Virus record (IMG/VR): IMGVR_UViG_3300042465_006773
DNA from: a virus
Strand: one strand, 5' to 3'
Length of the DNA stretch: 64,000 bases
The notes beneath the pieces were generated by a model. The model saw only the letters and a program-made list of their open reading frames with translations, made no database searches and had not been told where the DNA came from. The translations under genes and the position numbers were made by a program. Every line of letters starts with the position of its first letter. Position 1 is the first letter of the stretch. Of the stretch, positions 43,468-52,500 are shown in pieces.

Positions 43468-44307
43468 TTAAAAAAAGATTAAAGCTTTAATTCTTAAAAT
43501 TTCTTCCTGTAATGGAATGGTTTCATCTTTTTTTATTTGTATGTTGTTTCTTTTTAAGATTTGAGTTAAATCATATTCTGAGTCTTTTTCAAACTTTCTT
43601 CTAGTTCCTTCTCCTGGTGTAGTATTTAACCCTAAATCTATTTGTGCTCTTTTCCAATCTTCAATTCTTTTTTTGTATAAATCATCAATACCGATTTTGA
43701 AATCATCAGGACTTAATGTTTTTTCATTATTGATTGTTTTTACTTTTTTTTCTAAATTTTTAAAAACTTCGTCTTCTCTTTTTAAATCTTGAGTTGGTAG
43801 TGGTGAAGGTTTTACTTTTGGTTTTGGTTGAGGTAACTCGTCTTTTTGTGGTTGAGTTTGTTTAGGTTTAGGTTCGGTTATGGGTTTTTCTTTTTTAGGT
43901 TGCATCGTAACACCCCAATCAGTTGTTACATATGTTACAGAAAAACTACCATCATCACCTTCTTTATAGTTTGGTCTTTTTGTTGAAAATTGTTCATCTT
44001 CATAAACAATTAAAGAGCCGGTAGAAATTCTATCAATTAAAAAAGTTCTCCAACCGTGTTTTTGAAAACCTTTTTTAGATGTTGATGGTGGTTGTGTCCA
44101 ACCTCTAACCGCTAAATTTCCTTTTTTTGTTAATCCAGATGCGACCAATTCAACTTTAACTCGTCTACCAGCTAAGACATCTTTTGGTGGTCCTTTATAA
44201 TAAAAGGAAACGGGGAATCTATTTTTTATCGCATATTCTAATCTTGCCCTAATGCTTGTTTTAGGATTGGCTTCTAAAATAGATGTGAAAAATAATTTAT
44301 TAGACAT
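43468..44307 (-). CDS. WYL-like domain protein with Pro-rich linker
   Basis: VSFYY...RVKVE...AVRGW...GWRTFLIDRI matches the WYL SH3-like signature. Confidence 0.6.
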   Translation of the reverse strand: MSNKLFFTSILEANPKTSIRARLEYAIKNRFPVSFYYKGPPKDVLAGRRVKVELVASGLTKKGNLAVRGWTQPPSTSKKGFQKHGWRTFLIDRISTGSLIVYEDEQFSTKRPNYKEGDDGSFSVTYVTTDWGVTMQPKKEKPITEPKPKQTQPQKDELPQPKPKVKPSPLPTQDLKREDEVFKNLEKKVKTINNEKTLSPDDFKIGIDDLYKKRIEDWKRAQIDLGLNTTPGEGTRRKFEKDSEYDLTQILKRNNIQIKKDETIPLQEEILRIKALIFF

Positions 44308-44684
44308 TAAAAATCAGGATATGGTTTATTGTTCCCGTATTTATTTCTTGATTGTAGTCCAATTCGTTCTCCGATATCGGTTTTGGTCCCAACACTACCA
44401 TTGTTTTCTCCTCTGCCTTTGTCATCACCATCAGAAATGGCATTTCTATTTACAGAAGAGTATTCGTTTTTTGGACCATACAAATTTCGAGCTTGTAATG
44501 TTTTTCTTTCTGAAATGTCTGTTTTTGTACCTATACTACCATTATTTTCACCTCTACCTCTATCATCACCATCCGATAGTGCGCCTGTATTGGATGAATC
44601 GTACAAATCACCATAGTTATATTCATTTCTGGCCAATAAAATGTTTCTTTCTCTATCGCCAATTGTTTCTAATTGTGTTGCCAT
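44307..44684 (-). CDS. Hypothetical protein with two 44-aa repeats
   Basis: A(L/I)SDGDD(R/K)GRGENNGS(I/V)GTKTDIxER...LQxRNxYG occurs twice. Confidence 0.75.
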   Translation of the reverse strand: MATQLETIGDRERNILLARNEYNYGDLYDSSNTGALSDGDDRGRGENNGSIGTKTDISERKTLQARNLYGPKNEYSSVNRNAISDGDDKGRGENNGSVGTKTDIGERIGLQSRNKYGNNKPYPDF

Positions 44685-44685
44685 A

Positions 44686-45183
44686 TTAGTAAGTTATTAA
44701 TTTTTTTATTTTATCAACTTCCTCATATAATTTTAAAGAGGATATTGGGGATACGCTTGTTTTATTAGAATTACTTTTTATTAAGTTTGTTGGTATTTTA
44801 AAATTAAATCTTTTTTTGTGTTTTTTTAAATGTGAATTTTTTCTTTCGTTATTCATTCCGGTCATGTCATCGGATTTCATTTTTGATTTTTTTCTATTAG
44901 AAATTAAATCTCTTTCTCCTTTTAAAAACTGATTAGCCCATTTTTCCATTAACTCACCACCACACAAGTCATATTTTAATTTATCTTTTATTTTGTCAAT
45001 GTTTTGAAGGTCGTGTATTATTCTTTTTAGTTGTCCGTATTTTACTTTTTTATCCGATATAAGTTTTTTTGCGCGTTGAATTCCCCTTACATTTTTTCCA
45101 TTTAATCCAATAATCGTATGATTTATTGTTTTTAAAATGTCTTGAGGTATGTCAAATACTCTATCTTTTAGTTCCTTATTCAT
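44686..45183 (-). CDS. Basic hypothetical protein
   Basis: 165-aa ORF ending LYEEVDKIKKLITY. Confidence 0.7.
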   Translation of the reverse strand: MNKELKDRVFDIPQDILKTINHTIIGLNGKNVRGIQRAKKLISDKKVKYGQLKRIIHDLQNIDKIKDKLKYDLCGGELMEKWANQFLKGERDLISNRKKSKMKSDDMTGMNNERKNSHLKKHKKRFNFKIPTNLIKSNSNKTSVSPISSLKLYEEVDKIKKLITY

Positions 45184-45925
45184 TGTCTTTATTTAGTAAT
45201 TTGATAACATCTTTTACTGAAAGATTATTTTTAACTAAAGTATTTTTAAGTGCTAAAATTTGTTTTTTTATTATAGGATTTAATTCTTTATCAATATCTT
45301 CTGTTTGGTCTTTTTTTACTAAATCACTATTTTGTGTTTTTTTTGATAAAACACTTTCAACATAATCTTCCACATATTTTTTAGGGTTTTCAATTAATCT
45401 GACTTTATCACCTTTTAAATCTTCATCATATCCGTATGATGACAATCTTTCTTCGGCTTCTTTATCATCTAACCCTAAATCCTTTTTAAAATAATCTTCA
45501 GCGTCTTCCCTATCTTCATCATTACCCAAAGTTTTTTCGTATCCCAACGCTTTACTTAAATCCGCTTCTGCCCAATATCTTAACGAAGTGTGTGTACCAT
45601 GAACACCATGTGTTCCCATAGAACCTGCACTTGTTTTTACAATTTCATCGGTAGTTTTTTTTGAACCACCTTTACTATCTTTTGTTGTTGGTATTTTATT
45701 TACCGCAACATTTCCTTTTGTATCTACAATTTCATCAACATCTTTTTCTACCTCATCTGGTAATTTTTTAAAATCGGTGTCACTAGAAAATTCTTTAGCC
45801 CATTTTGACCATTTTTTTCTCTCCTTTTTTGGAATTGATTCATCAGAAGCCTTCGCATAAAAATATCTTTGTTGTTTTTTTGATGCAAATTTTTCTTCAA
45901 TTATTGATTTTATATAGTTATCCAT
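45176..45925 (-). CDS. Hypothetical protein (likely internal head protein)
   Basis: EKFASKKQQRYFYA...KWAKEFSSDTDFKKLP module; TATTTAT upstream. Confidence 0.7.
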   Translation of the reverse strand: MDNYIKSIIEEKFASKKQQRYFYAKASDESIPKKERKKWSKWAKEFSSDTDFKKLPDEVEKDVDEIVDTKGNVAVNKIPTTKDSKGGSKKTTDEIVKTSAGSMGTHGVHGTHTSLRYWAEADLSKALGYEKTLGNDEDREDAEDYFKKDLGLDDKEAEERLSSYGYDEDLKGDKVRLIENPKKYVEDYVESVLSKKTQNSDLVKKDQTEDIDKELNPIIKKQILALKNTLVKNNLSVKDVIKLLNKDNE

Positions 45926-45980
45926 GTAATTACTACTTTAGTAATAAATATCAAAAGAAAGGAAAGATATTTATAGTATA

Positions 45981-47378
45981 ATGAATACACAAAACATTCT
46001 CAAATATTGGGGTACCAAATTAGATTTGCAACTCGATTCATCAGAATATTATGATTATGAAATAGCAAAGACCGAGGTTGATTACGATGAATTGGTTTTG
46101 GATTTAGAAAATTCAATACCTTACACATCTTTAACTATTAATACTACAGGTTTAACAAATTCAGATTGTACAAGAGATACCATAAGTTTAGTTGAATATA
46201 ATAATACTGTAAATGATACTGGATATACTTATTCAGCGATTACTTGGACTTTATCGTATTCAGCGTTTACTAGTACATTTTCTAATTCTGATATTATATT
46301 AAATAATGATGTGTATGAATTAAATTTTAGTGGTAACACACACTATTTGAAAATAGATGAATTTAATAACGCACTTTCAAATCCGTTTTCATTAAATCTT
46401 AGTGATTTTAAAACAGGTGTTACGGGATATTCTTATGCTTGTGTTCAAAAATTAACAGATAACGATAATTGTTGCCCACAAGACCCCCAACTAAACGCGA
46501 AACCATGGGCATATCAAATTAATCATGGGGGTGGTAATGACAATTGTTCATATAAAGTTAAGAGAAGAACAGAAAAGGGTTGGACCATTGATTTGGTACT
46601 TAATAGAGATGATAATCCATGGTCAAGTGGTAAAACAATTTACTATTTAGGTGTTAGGGGTGAAACGGAAAATACAAAGTACTCAGATAATAATCTTTCT
46701 TTTTCTTTTACAAACGACGGTAGGATTCAATGGAGAGCATCGAGATATTCGGGAATATGTTTAACTGATAGTGGGTACACTGAATCATATTATACGTCAT
46801 CAGGACAAACACCGGTACTATGTACGAGTGGGACATCCGAAGATTTTAATATTACCATAACCTTTGAAAGAAATAAATATTTTACTGATTGTGGTATAGA
46901 AAACAATGGTGGTTGGAATGATTTAATTACAGGGAGAACATTAAACACTTCAATATCGGATTGGTTAACTGGTGCAACACCATCGTATGATGATGTAGAA
47001 ATTTTAAACAAAAAATGGGCGGAAGAAAAAAATAGAAGGTTAGGGACATTAAAAATTTATCTAAATGGTAAAAAAATTTATAAATTAAATGATTGGGAAG
47101 AGGTGATACCTTCAACAAGGGGATATCAACCTATGATTCAATCTTGGGCTGGTGGAACTCAATATTCAGGAAGCCTACATAATTTGGGTATTTCTTGTTT
47201 TATTTTTAAAAGAATCCAATATTATGAGGAACCATTAAACTATGTTAGAGTTAATCATCATTATTTGGTTGACACTAAACCAAACTATAACATTGTAGAG
47301 TGTGATGAAGATTGCGTTGATTCTACAACGATTATTATAACGGCACCAGAAAATGATTTACAATATGAATATATATAA
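45981..47378 (+). CDS. Putative virion protein with LamG/concanavalin-like domain
   Basis: GWTID, LSFSFTNDGRI, GTLKIYLNG, IQYYEEPL. Confidence 0.6.
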   Translation: MNTQNILKYWGTKLDLQLDSSEYYDYEIAKTEVDYDELVLDLENSIPYTSLTINTTGLTNSDCTRDTISLVEYNNTVNDTGYTYSAITWTLSYSAFTSTFSNSDIILNNDVYELNFSGNTHYLKIDEFNNALSNPFSLNLSDFKTGVTGYSYACVQKLTDNDNCCPQDPQLNAKPWAYQINHGGGNDNCSYKVKRRTEKGWTIDLVLNRDDNPWSSGKTIYYLGVRGETENTKYSDNNLSFSFTNDGRIQWRASRYSGICLTDSGYTESYYTSSGQTPVLCTSGTSEDFNITITFERNKYFTDCGIENNGGWNDLITGRTLNTSISDWLTGATPSYDDVEILNKKWAEEKNRRLGTLKIYLNGKKIYKLNDWEEVIPSTRGYQPMIQSWAGGTQYSGSLHNLGISCFIFKRIQYYEEPLNYVRVNHHYLVDTKPNYNIVECDEDCVDSTTIIITAPENDLQYEYI

Positions 47379-47393
47379 TAAAATAATAATATA

Positions 47394-49625
47394 ATGCCAT
47401 CAGGAATAAGAATATCGAGTATTAATTTAAGTGGTAAAACCGCCACTGTAACTTTCTTGCCATATACAGGTGGTACATTTAATTTAGGTGAAAAAACTTT
47501 ACCATTTGAATATAATTCAAGTTATCCATATGGTGTATATGAACTATATTTTGAATTGTATAATAAAACATATGAGGTAAATGCTTTGTTTCCGTCTCCT
47601 TCTATTACGCCAACAATTACAAGAACACCTTCTATTACGCCAACAATTACAAGAACACCTTCCATAACACCGTCCCCAACACCTAGTGTAATTATAGAAG
47701 ATTTAGATTTTGATGGGTTTATTAACTCCGGTTCTATTGTCATAACGTACATAGTATCAATACCAAGTGCGGTTGATTTCGATGTTACTATTGATTTTGT
47801 TCAAGAACTCCCCATAATAGGTGGTGGAAGACCTTTTTACATAAAGGGTAATATAATAATACCAAAAGGTTCTACTCAAGTTGGTACAAAATATTCGTCA
47901 TCAGAAGAGTGGGCTGATTATAGTAAATTATCAGGTGTTAGTGTTTTAACGACAACAGTAACAACACCAGGAGGTTCTAATCGATACACGGTAAAAGAAC
48001 TTATAAAATTTGGGGAGGAACCTCCTGACATTGGACCTATTCCTGATAATCAAATACCCGACCCAAATTCAATATCAATCACACCAACACCAAGTAGAAC
48101 AATTACACCAACACCGACAAGGACGATAACACCAAGTATTACACCAACACCGAGTCAATTACCTTGTGTTTGTAACGGTCCTGTGGGTATTCCTTTTGCG
48201 AACACACCTGGAAACCCAATACCAATAACAATACGAGAAAGTATTGATGGTAACTCAACGGGTTTATACCGTTATTTTCAAGGATGGTTGTCTAATTTAG
48301 TGGATGTTTGTGGTTATCCAAATGGAAACATAAGAGAAGTTTTCAATTACAGACCGAACACGTTTTCTTCAGGTCAAGGTAGTATGTATAGAACGGTAAC
48401 GGATAGTTTTTATACTAAATCTTATTCGTACATGTTGGCAATTAAAACAATACCAAGTGCAGCGCATCTTACAATTCCAAATTTTAAAATAACTGTAGGT
48501 ACGGGTGTTAAAGGTGATTGTTCTTTTGGAACATATATCATTAATAACCCATCTTTTAATACGTGGTATGTTATTAGAGTAGATGTAAGAGACATTACTT
48601 TATATGGTAACGAAATTTGGGCACACGTGGTTCAAGAAGGTAATTCAAGTTATTATTTATGTACAAATCCAGGTAATGACTCATGTTGTTATGTAACCAC
48701 ATCAGGTGTTGATGTTGGTCAAAACGATTTACCATATAATCATCCCTGTCCGTGTTCTGTAACAAGTTGTCTTGATTTAGGTGTTGTTCCTCCATATCCT
48801 ATAAATTTTTGGTGTCCAAATCCTTGGGACACACCGATTTGTACTTTAACACCAACACCATCAAGAACAATTACACCAACCGTAACACCATCAAGAACAC
48901 CAACACTAACACCATCCATCACACCAAGTAGAACTCCATCAGTAACACCATCAAGAACAATTACACCAACACCAACACCATCCATTACACCGAGTATTAC
49001 TCTATCGGTAACACCAACATCCACCAATAGTTCAACACCATCTGTTACACCAAGTGTCACACCATCAGTAACACCAACATCTTCTATTACACCAACACCA
49101 TCCATCACATCGAGTATTACTCCATCGGTAACACCAACATCTTCTATTACACCAACACCATCCATCACATCGAGTATTACTCCATCGGTAACACCAACAC
49201 CATCTATTACACCAAGTATTACACCATCAATAACACCAACATCTTCTATTACACCAACACCAAGTATTACACCAAGTATTACTTCATCAGTAACACCAAC
49301 ATCTTCTATCACCCCAAGTGTAACTCCAACAAGAACAATCACACCAACACCAACTCCTTCACCACAATACGTTCCATATTTATTTTGTAATTGTCTTGAC
49401 CCTTATAACAATTCGGGAATTGTTCCACCGTTAGAAGTTGGTGTAAGTGTTAATTTTACAATACAATCTGGTGTACAATATGGATTTATTCATACGGATG
49501 GTTATTGTTATTTTAACTGTGACCAATGGTCTGGATATACAATGACAAAAGATACATTAACAGTCAATCAATGTAGTACTCCATATTGTGTATCATTACC
49601 ATATCCTCAACCACCAAATCCTTAA
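47394..49625 (+). CDS. Mucin-like (T/P/S repeat) virion fibre or decoration protein with Cys-rich domains
   Basis: Three TPS-rich tracts, an Ig-like domain and many Cys; N-terminal module shared with 49635. Confidence 0.75.
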   Translation: MPSGIRISSINLSGKTATVTFLPYTGGTFNLGEKTLPFEYNSSYPYGVYELYFELYNKTYEVNALFPSPSITPTITRTPSITPTITRTPSITPSPTPSVIIEDLDFDGFINSGSIVITYIVSIPSAVDFDVTIDFVQELPIIGGGRPFYIKGNIIIPKGSTQVGTKYSSSEEWADYSKLSGVSVLTTTVTTPGGSNRYTVKELIKFGEEPPDIGPIPDNQIPDPNSISITPTPSRTITPTPTRTITPSITPTPSQLPCVCNGPVGIPFANTPGNPIPITIRESIDGNSTGLYRYFQGWLSNLVDVCGYPNGNIREVFNYRPNTFSSGQGSMYRTVTDSFYTKSYSYMLAIKTIPSAAHLTIPNFKITVGTGVKGDCSFGTYIINNPSFNTWYVIRVDVRDITLYGNEIWAHVVQEGNSSYYLCTNPGNDSCCYVTTSGVDVGQNDLPYNHPCPCSVTSCLDLGVVPPYPINFWCPNPWDTPICTLTPTPSRTITPTVTPSRTPTLTPSITPSRTPSVTPSRTITPTPTPSITPSITLSVTPTSTNSSTPSVTPSVTPSVTPTSSITPTPSITSSITPSVTPTSSITPTPSITSSITPSVTPTPSITPSITPSITPTSSITPTPSITPSITSSVTPTSSITPSVTPTRTITPTPTPSPQYVPYLFCNCLDPYNNSGIVPPLEVGVSVNFTIQSGVQYGFIHTDGYCYFNCDQWSGYTMTKDTLTVNQCSTPYCVSLPYPQPPNP
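48845..49365 (+). repeat. Degenerate tandem repeats encoding about 170 aa of TPS(I/V)TP
   Basis: ACACCA-rich repeats, including a 60-bp exact duplication around 49069-49198. Confidence 0.9.
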
Positions 49626-49634
49626 ATAAATTAA

Positions 49635-51386
49635 ATGGATACTTTAAGAATCGTCTCAACAAACTACAATGGTCAATCGGCCGTAATTACGTTTTATCCC
49701 GACACGGGTGGGACAATTAATCTTGGTACTCAAGTTTTACCCTATGATTATGTTGCTCCATATTTTTATGGGACATATTCTTTATTCTTTCCTGCTTTTG
49801 GTAGTACATGTACTTTGTATGTTGAAGACACTTCGGGTAATTTCTTATTACAAGAAAATGGTGATTATATTTTTCAAGAAAATTATTATAAAATTATAAT
49901 AGAGTCTTTACCAAGCCCAACACCAACACCTTCTATTACACCAAGTATAACACCAACTCGTTCAGTAACACCAACACCATCTATTACTACGTCTATAACA
50001 CCAAGTAGAACTCCATCAGTAACACCAACACCATCAAGAACACCATCTATAACACCGAGTAGAACTCCATCAGTAACACCAACACCTTCTATTACACCAA
50101 GTATAACACCAACTCGTTCAGTAACACCAACACCAACTTTAACACCGACATCAACATCTTATGGTCAATCTTTTATATATTATAGGTGGCAAATAACTGA
50201 ATCTAAAACAACACCACCAAATGCAAACTGTGTTCAATCTTCTGAATTTGTTTTTCAAAAAAATGGTGTAGACCAAAGTATGTCCGGTGTTGTGGTAACA
50301 AACCCTAGTGGAAATAACCCTGTGGGTGAAGAACCATCCAAATTAATTGACGGTAGTTTAACAACAAAAGCATTAGATTTAAATTTTGTTACTAATGGTA
50401 ATGTAACGAATTTTATATTTCAATTCCCAACCGGTCAGTCGTTTGATGGGTATAGATGGGGAACCGCAAATGATGAAGAAAGTAGAGACCCAAAATCTTG
50501 GACCATATCAGGAAGTAACGATGGTGTAAATTGGAGTTTGTTACATACGGTAAGCGGATTTAATTCCACAACAACTAGAAATACGTACCAAACTCCTCAA
50601 ACTTATTTACCACCAGCAGTAAGTCCTACACCTACAGTTACAAATACACCAACACCAACAAGAACACCGTCAGTAACACCAACACCATCAACAAGTTCTA
50701 TTGTTAATTTTGTTACAGATAGTTTATTTATGAAATTAGATGCCACAAACTATACGAGTGGTACATGGTCGGATGAAACGGGTAATGGTAATAACGCAAC
50801 AATAAATGGCGCGACTTGGTTATCAACCGATGGTGGTATTTTTGATTTAGATGGAACGAATGATACCATTAGTGTTCCTCACGTATCTCAATTAAGTTTA
50901 ACCACAACGGGTCAAAAGACCGTGCAAGTTTGGGTTAAATTTGACGCACTACCATCGTCAGGTCAACAAATACCCGTATTTGGGAAGTTGTCAAGTGCAT
51001 CAGGATTTGACGGTTATTGGGGTGGTTTGTTTTCAAATACGGGTACTGTTAGATGTGTAACAAATGGTACCGGTGTCCAACAAATCAGTACTTCAACTTT
51101 AACAATCACAACAAATACTTGGTATTTGTTTACATTTATTTCACAAATAACCTCAACCGCCAATACCACAAAAGTCTATATAAATAATACTGAGTATATA
51201 ACTACAGCACATGGTGCTGATTCATATGGTGAAACAAATCCATTTTATTTAGGATGGATTGGTTCAGGTGTGTCGTCACTATATTTGAATGGTAAAATAG
51301 GTGCATGTTATTTCTATACCAAAGGTTTAAACACCACAGAGATATCAAATAATTATAATTCAACCAAATCAAAATACGGTTTGTAA
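49635..51386 (+). CDS. Virion fibre: anchor module, TPS linker, discoidin-like domain, TPS linker, LamG domain
   Basis: [22 protein letters not shown] (discoidin/F5-8-like); [39 protein letters not shown] (LamG). Confidence 0.8.
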   Translation: MDTLRIVSTNYNGQSAVITFYPDTGGTINLGTQVLPYDYVAPYFYGTYSLFFPAFGSTCTLYVEDTSGNFLLQENGDYIFQENYYKIIIESLPSPTPTPSITPSITPTRSVTPTPSITTSITPSRTPSVTPTPSRTPSITPSRTPSVTPTPSITPSITPTRSVTPTPTLTPTSTSYGQSFIYYRWQITESKTTPPNANCVQSSEFVFQKNGVDQSMSGVVVTNPSGNNPVGEEPSKLIDGSLTTKALDLNFVTNGNVTNFIFQFPTGQSFDGYRWGTANDEESRDPKSWTISGSNDGVNWSLLHTVSGFNSTTTRNTYQTPQTYLPPAVSPTPTVTNTPTPTRTPSVTPTPSTSSIVNFVTDSLFMKLDATNYTSGTWSDETGNGNNATINGATWLSTDGGIFDLDGTNDTISVPHVSQLSLTTTGQKTVQVWVKFDALPSSGQQIPVFGKLSSASGFDGYWGGLFSNTGTVRCVTNGTGVQQISTSTLTITTNTWYLFTFISQITSTANTTKVYINNTEYITTAHGADSYGETNPFYLGWIGSGVSSLYLNGKIGACYFYTKGLNTTEISNNYNSTKSKYGL

Positions 51387-51409
51387 AGTTTTAATATTTA
51401 TAAAATAAG

Positions 51410-52033
51410 ATGGCTAATTTACCAATATCACAACTACCGGAAATTACAACAGGACTAACTCCAAATGCGGAGTTCGCGGTTGCACAAGGTGGCACCACAT
51501 ACAAAGTAAAAAAAACTTATTTAAAAGAAGGATTTTTTGCTCAAACAAGTGACGGTACAACTGTGAGTGGTACGACATCTGAAACAACAATTATAGGTAG
51601 TGGTGTTGGGTCCTTATCAGTACCGGCGAGTGGATTTTCTGTTGGTGATTCTTTTAGATGTATCGTAAGTGGTGACTTGGGTGCAAATAATAATGACACT
51701 TTAACTTTAAAAGTAAAATCGGGTTCTGTGGTGTTAGGGACTACCGGTGCAATTAATCTACCTGGCGTAACCAATAAACACTTTAATTTTGATATTCATT
51801 TTACAATAAGAGAAATTGGGGGTACTGGTGTTGCATCAATAATATCCGTTGGTTTTTTTACATTCAACAAAGACGCGTCCGCTGGTTTTGAAGGTGGTAG
51901 TTTTAGTACATTAAACAATAGTACATTTGATACAACCATTTCAAATACATTAGATATAACCGCACAGTTTAGTTCAACTAATGCTGCTAATTTCATAAGA
52001 ACCGAACTTTTAGTTTTAAGTAGAGAATATTAA
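51410..52033 (+). CDS. Putative tail fibre or appendage protein
   Basis: N-terminal ISQLP...GGTTYKV module followed by a beta-rich domain. Confidence 0.6.
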   Translation: MANLPISQLPEITTGLTPNAEFAVAQGGTTYKVKKTYLKEGFFAQTSDGTTVSGTTSETTIIGSGVGSLSVPASGFSVGDSFRCIVSGDLGANNNDTLTLKVKSGSVVLGTTGAINLPGVTNKHFNFDIHFTIREIGGTGVASIISVGFFTFNKDASAGFEGGSFSTLNNSTFDTTISNTLDITAQFSSTNAANFIRTELLVLSREY

Positions 52034-52045
52034 ATAAAATAAAAC

Positions 52046-52414
52046 ATGGAATTTTTTATAAGACAAGGAGCTTCGGAACCAATATTAAAAATGAGACTTA
52101 TCGATGACGGAAAAAACGATAAGTCGGGTTTTAACGATATGTTAGAAAGTTGCGATATTACTTTTGATATGTATGATGTTGAAACAGGTGAACCTGAAAT
52201 ATTAAATTCGAATTGTCAAATTACCACAAGAGATAAAAAATATAATCAAACAACTGATGAGTATTATATTGTTCATCAATTTACGGAGTCTCAAACCGAA
52301 AAATTGGGAAAATACGAAGGTAAAATAACCATTCAATTTTTAGATACAAATTTAAATCCAACAACCAAACTAATATTACCGGTAAAGGAAAAACTTTACA
52401 TTACAATATTTTGA
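52046..52414 (+). CDS. BppU-N-like beta-sandwich virion protein
   Basis: FFIRQG..P.L, GKYEGKITIQF, LILP...LYITI. Confidence 0.55.
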   Translation: MEFFIRQGASEPILKMRLIDDGKNDKSGFNDMLESCDITFDMYDVETGEPEILNSNCQITTRDKKYNQTTDEYYIVHQFTESQTEKLGKYEGKITIQFLDTNLNPTTKLILPVKEKLYITIF

Positions 52415-52500
52415 TTTTTAAATTTTGTTTCTTATATTTTAAATAAGACAAACTACAATGTTACATTGTAAGCTAATGTGTCAAACTAAAATTATAAGAA

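Noticed and set aside
48740-49342. 200-aa minus-strand V/G/D repeat ORF
   Set aside because: Antisense reading of the TPS repeats, which lack stops in that frame; no independent evidence.
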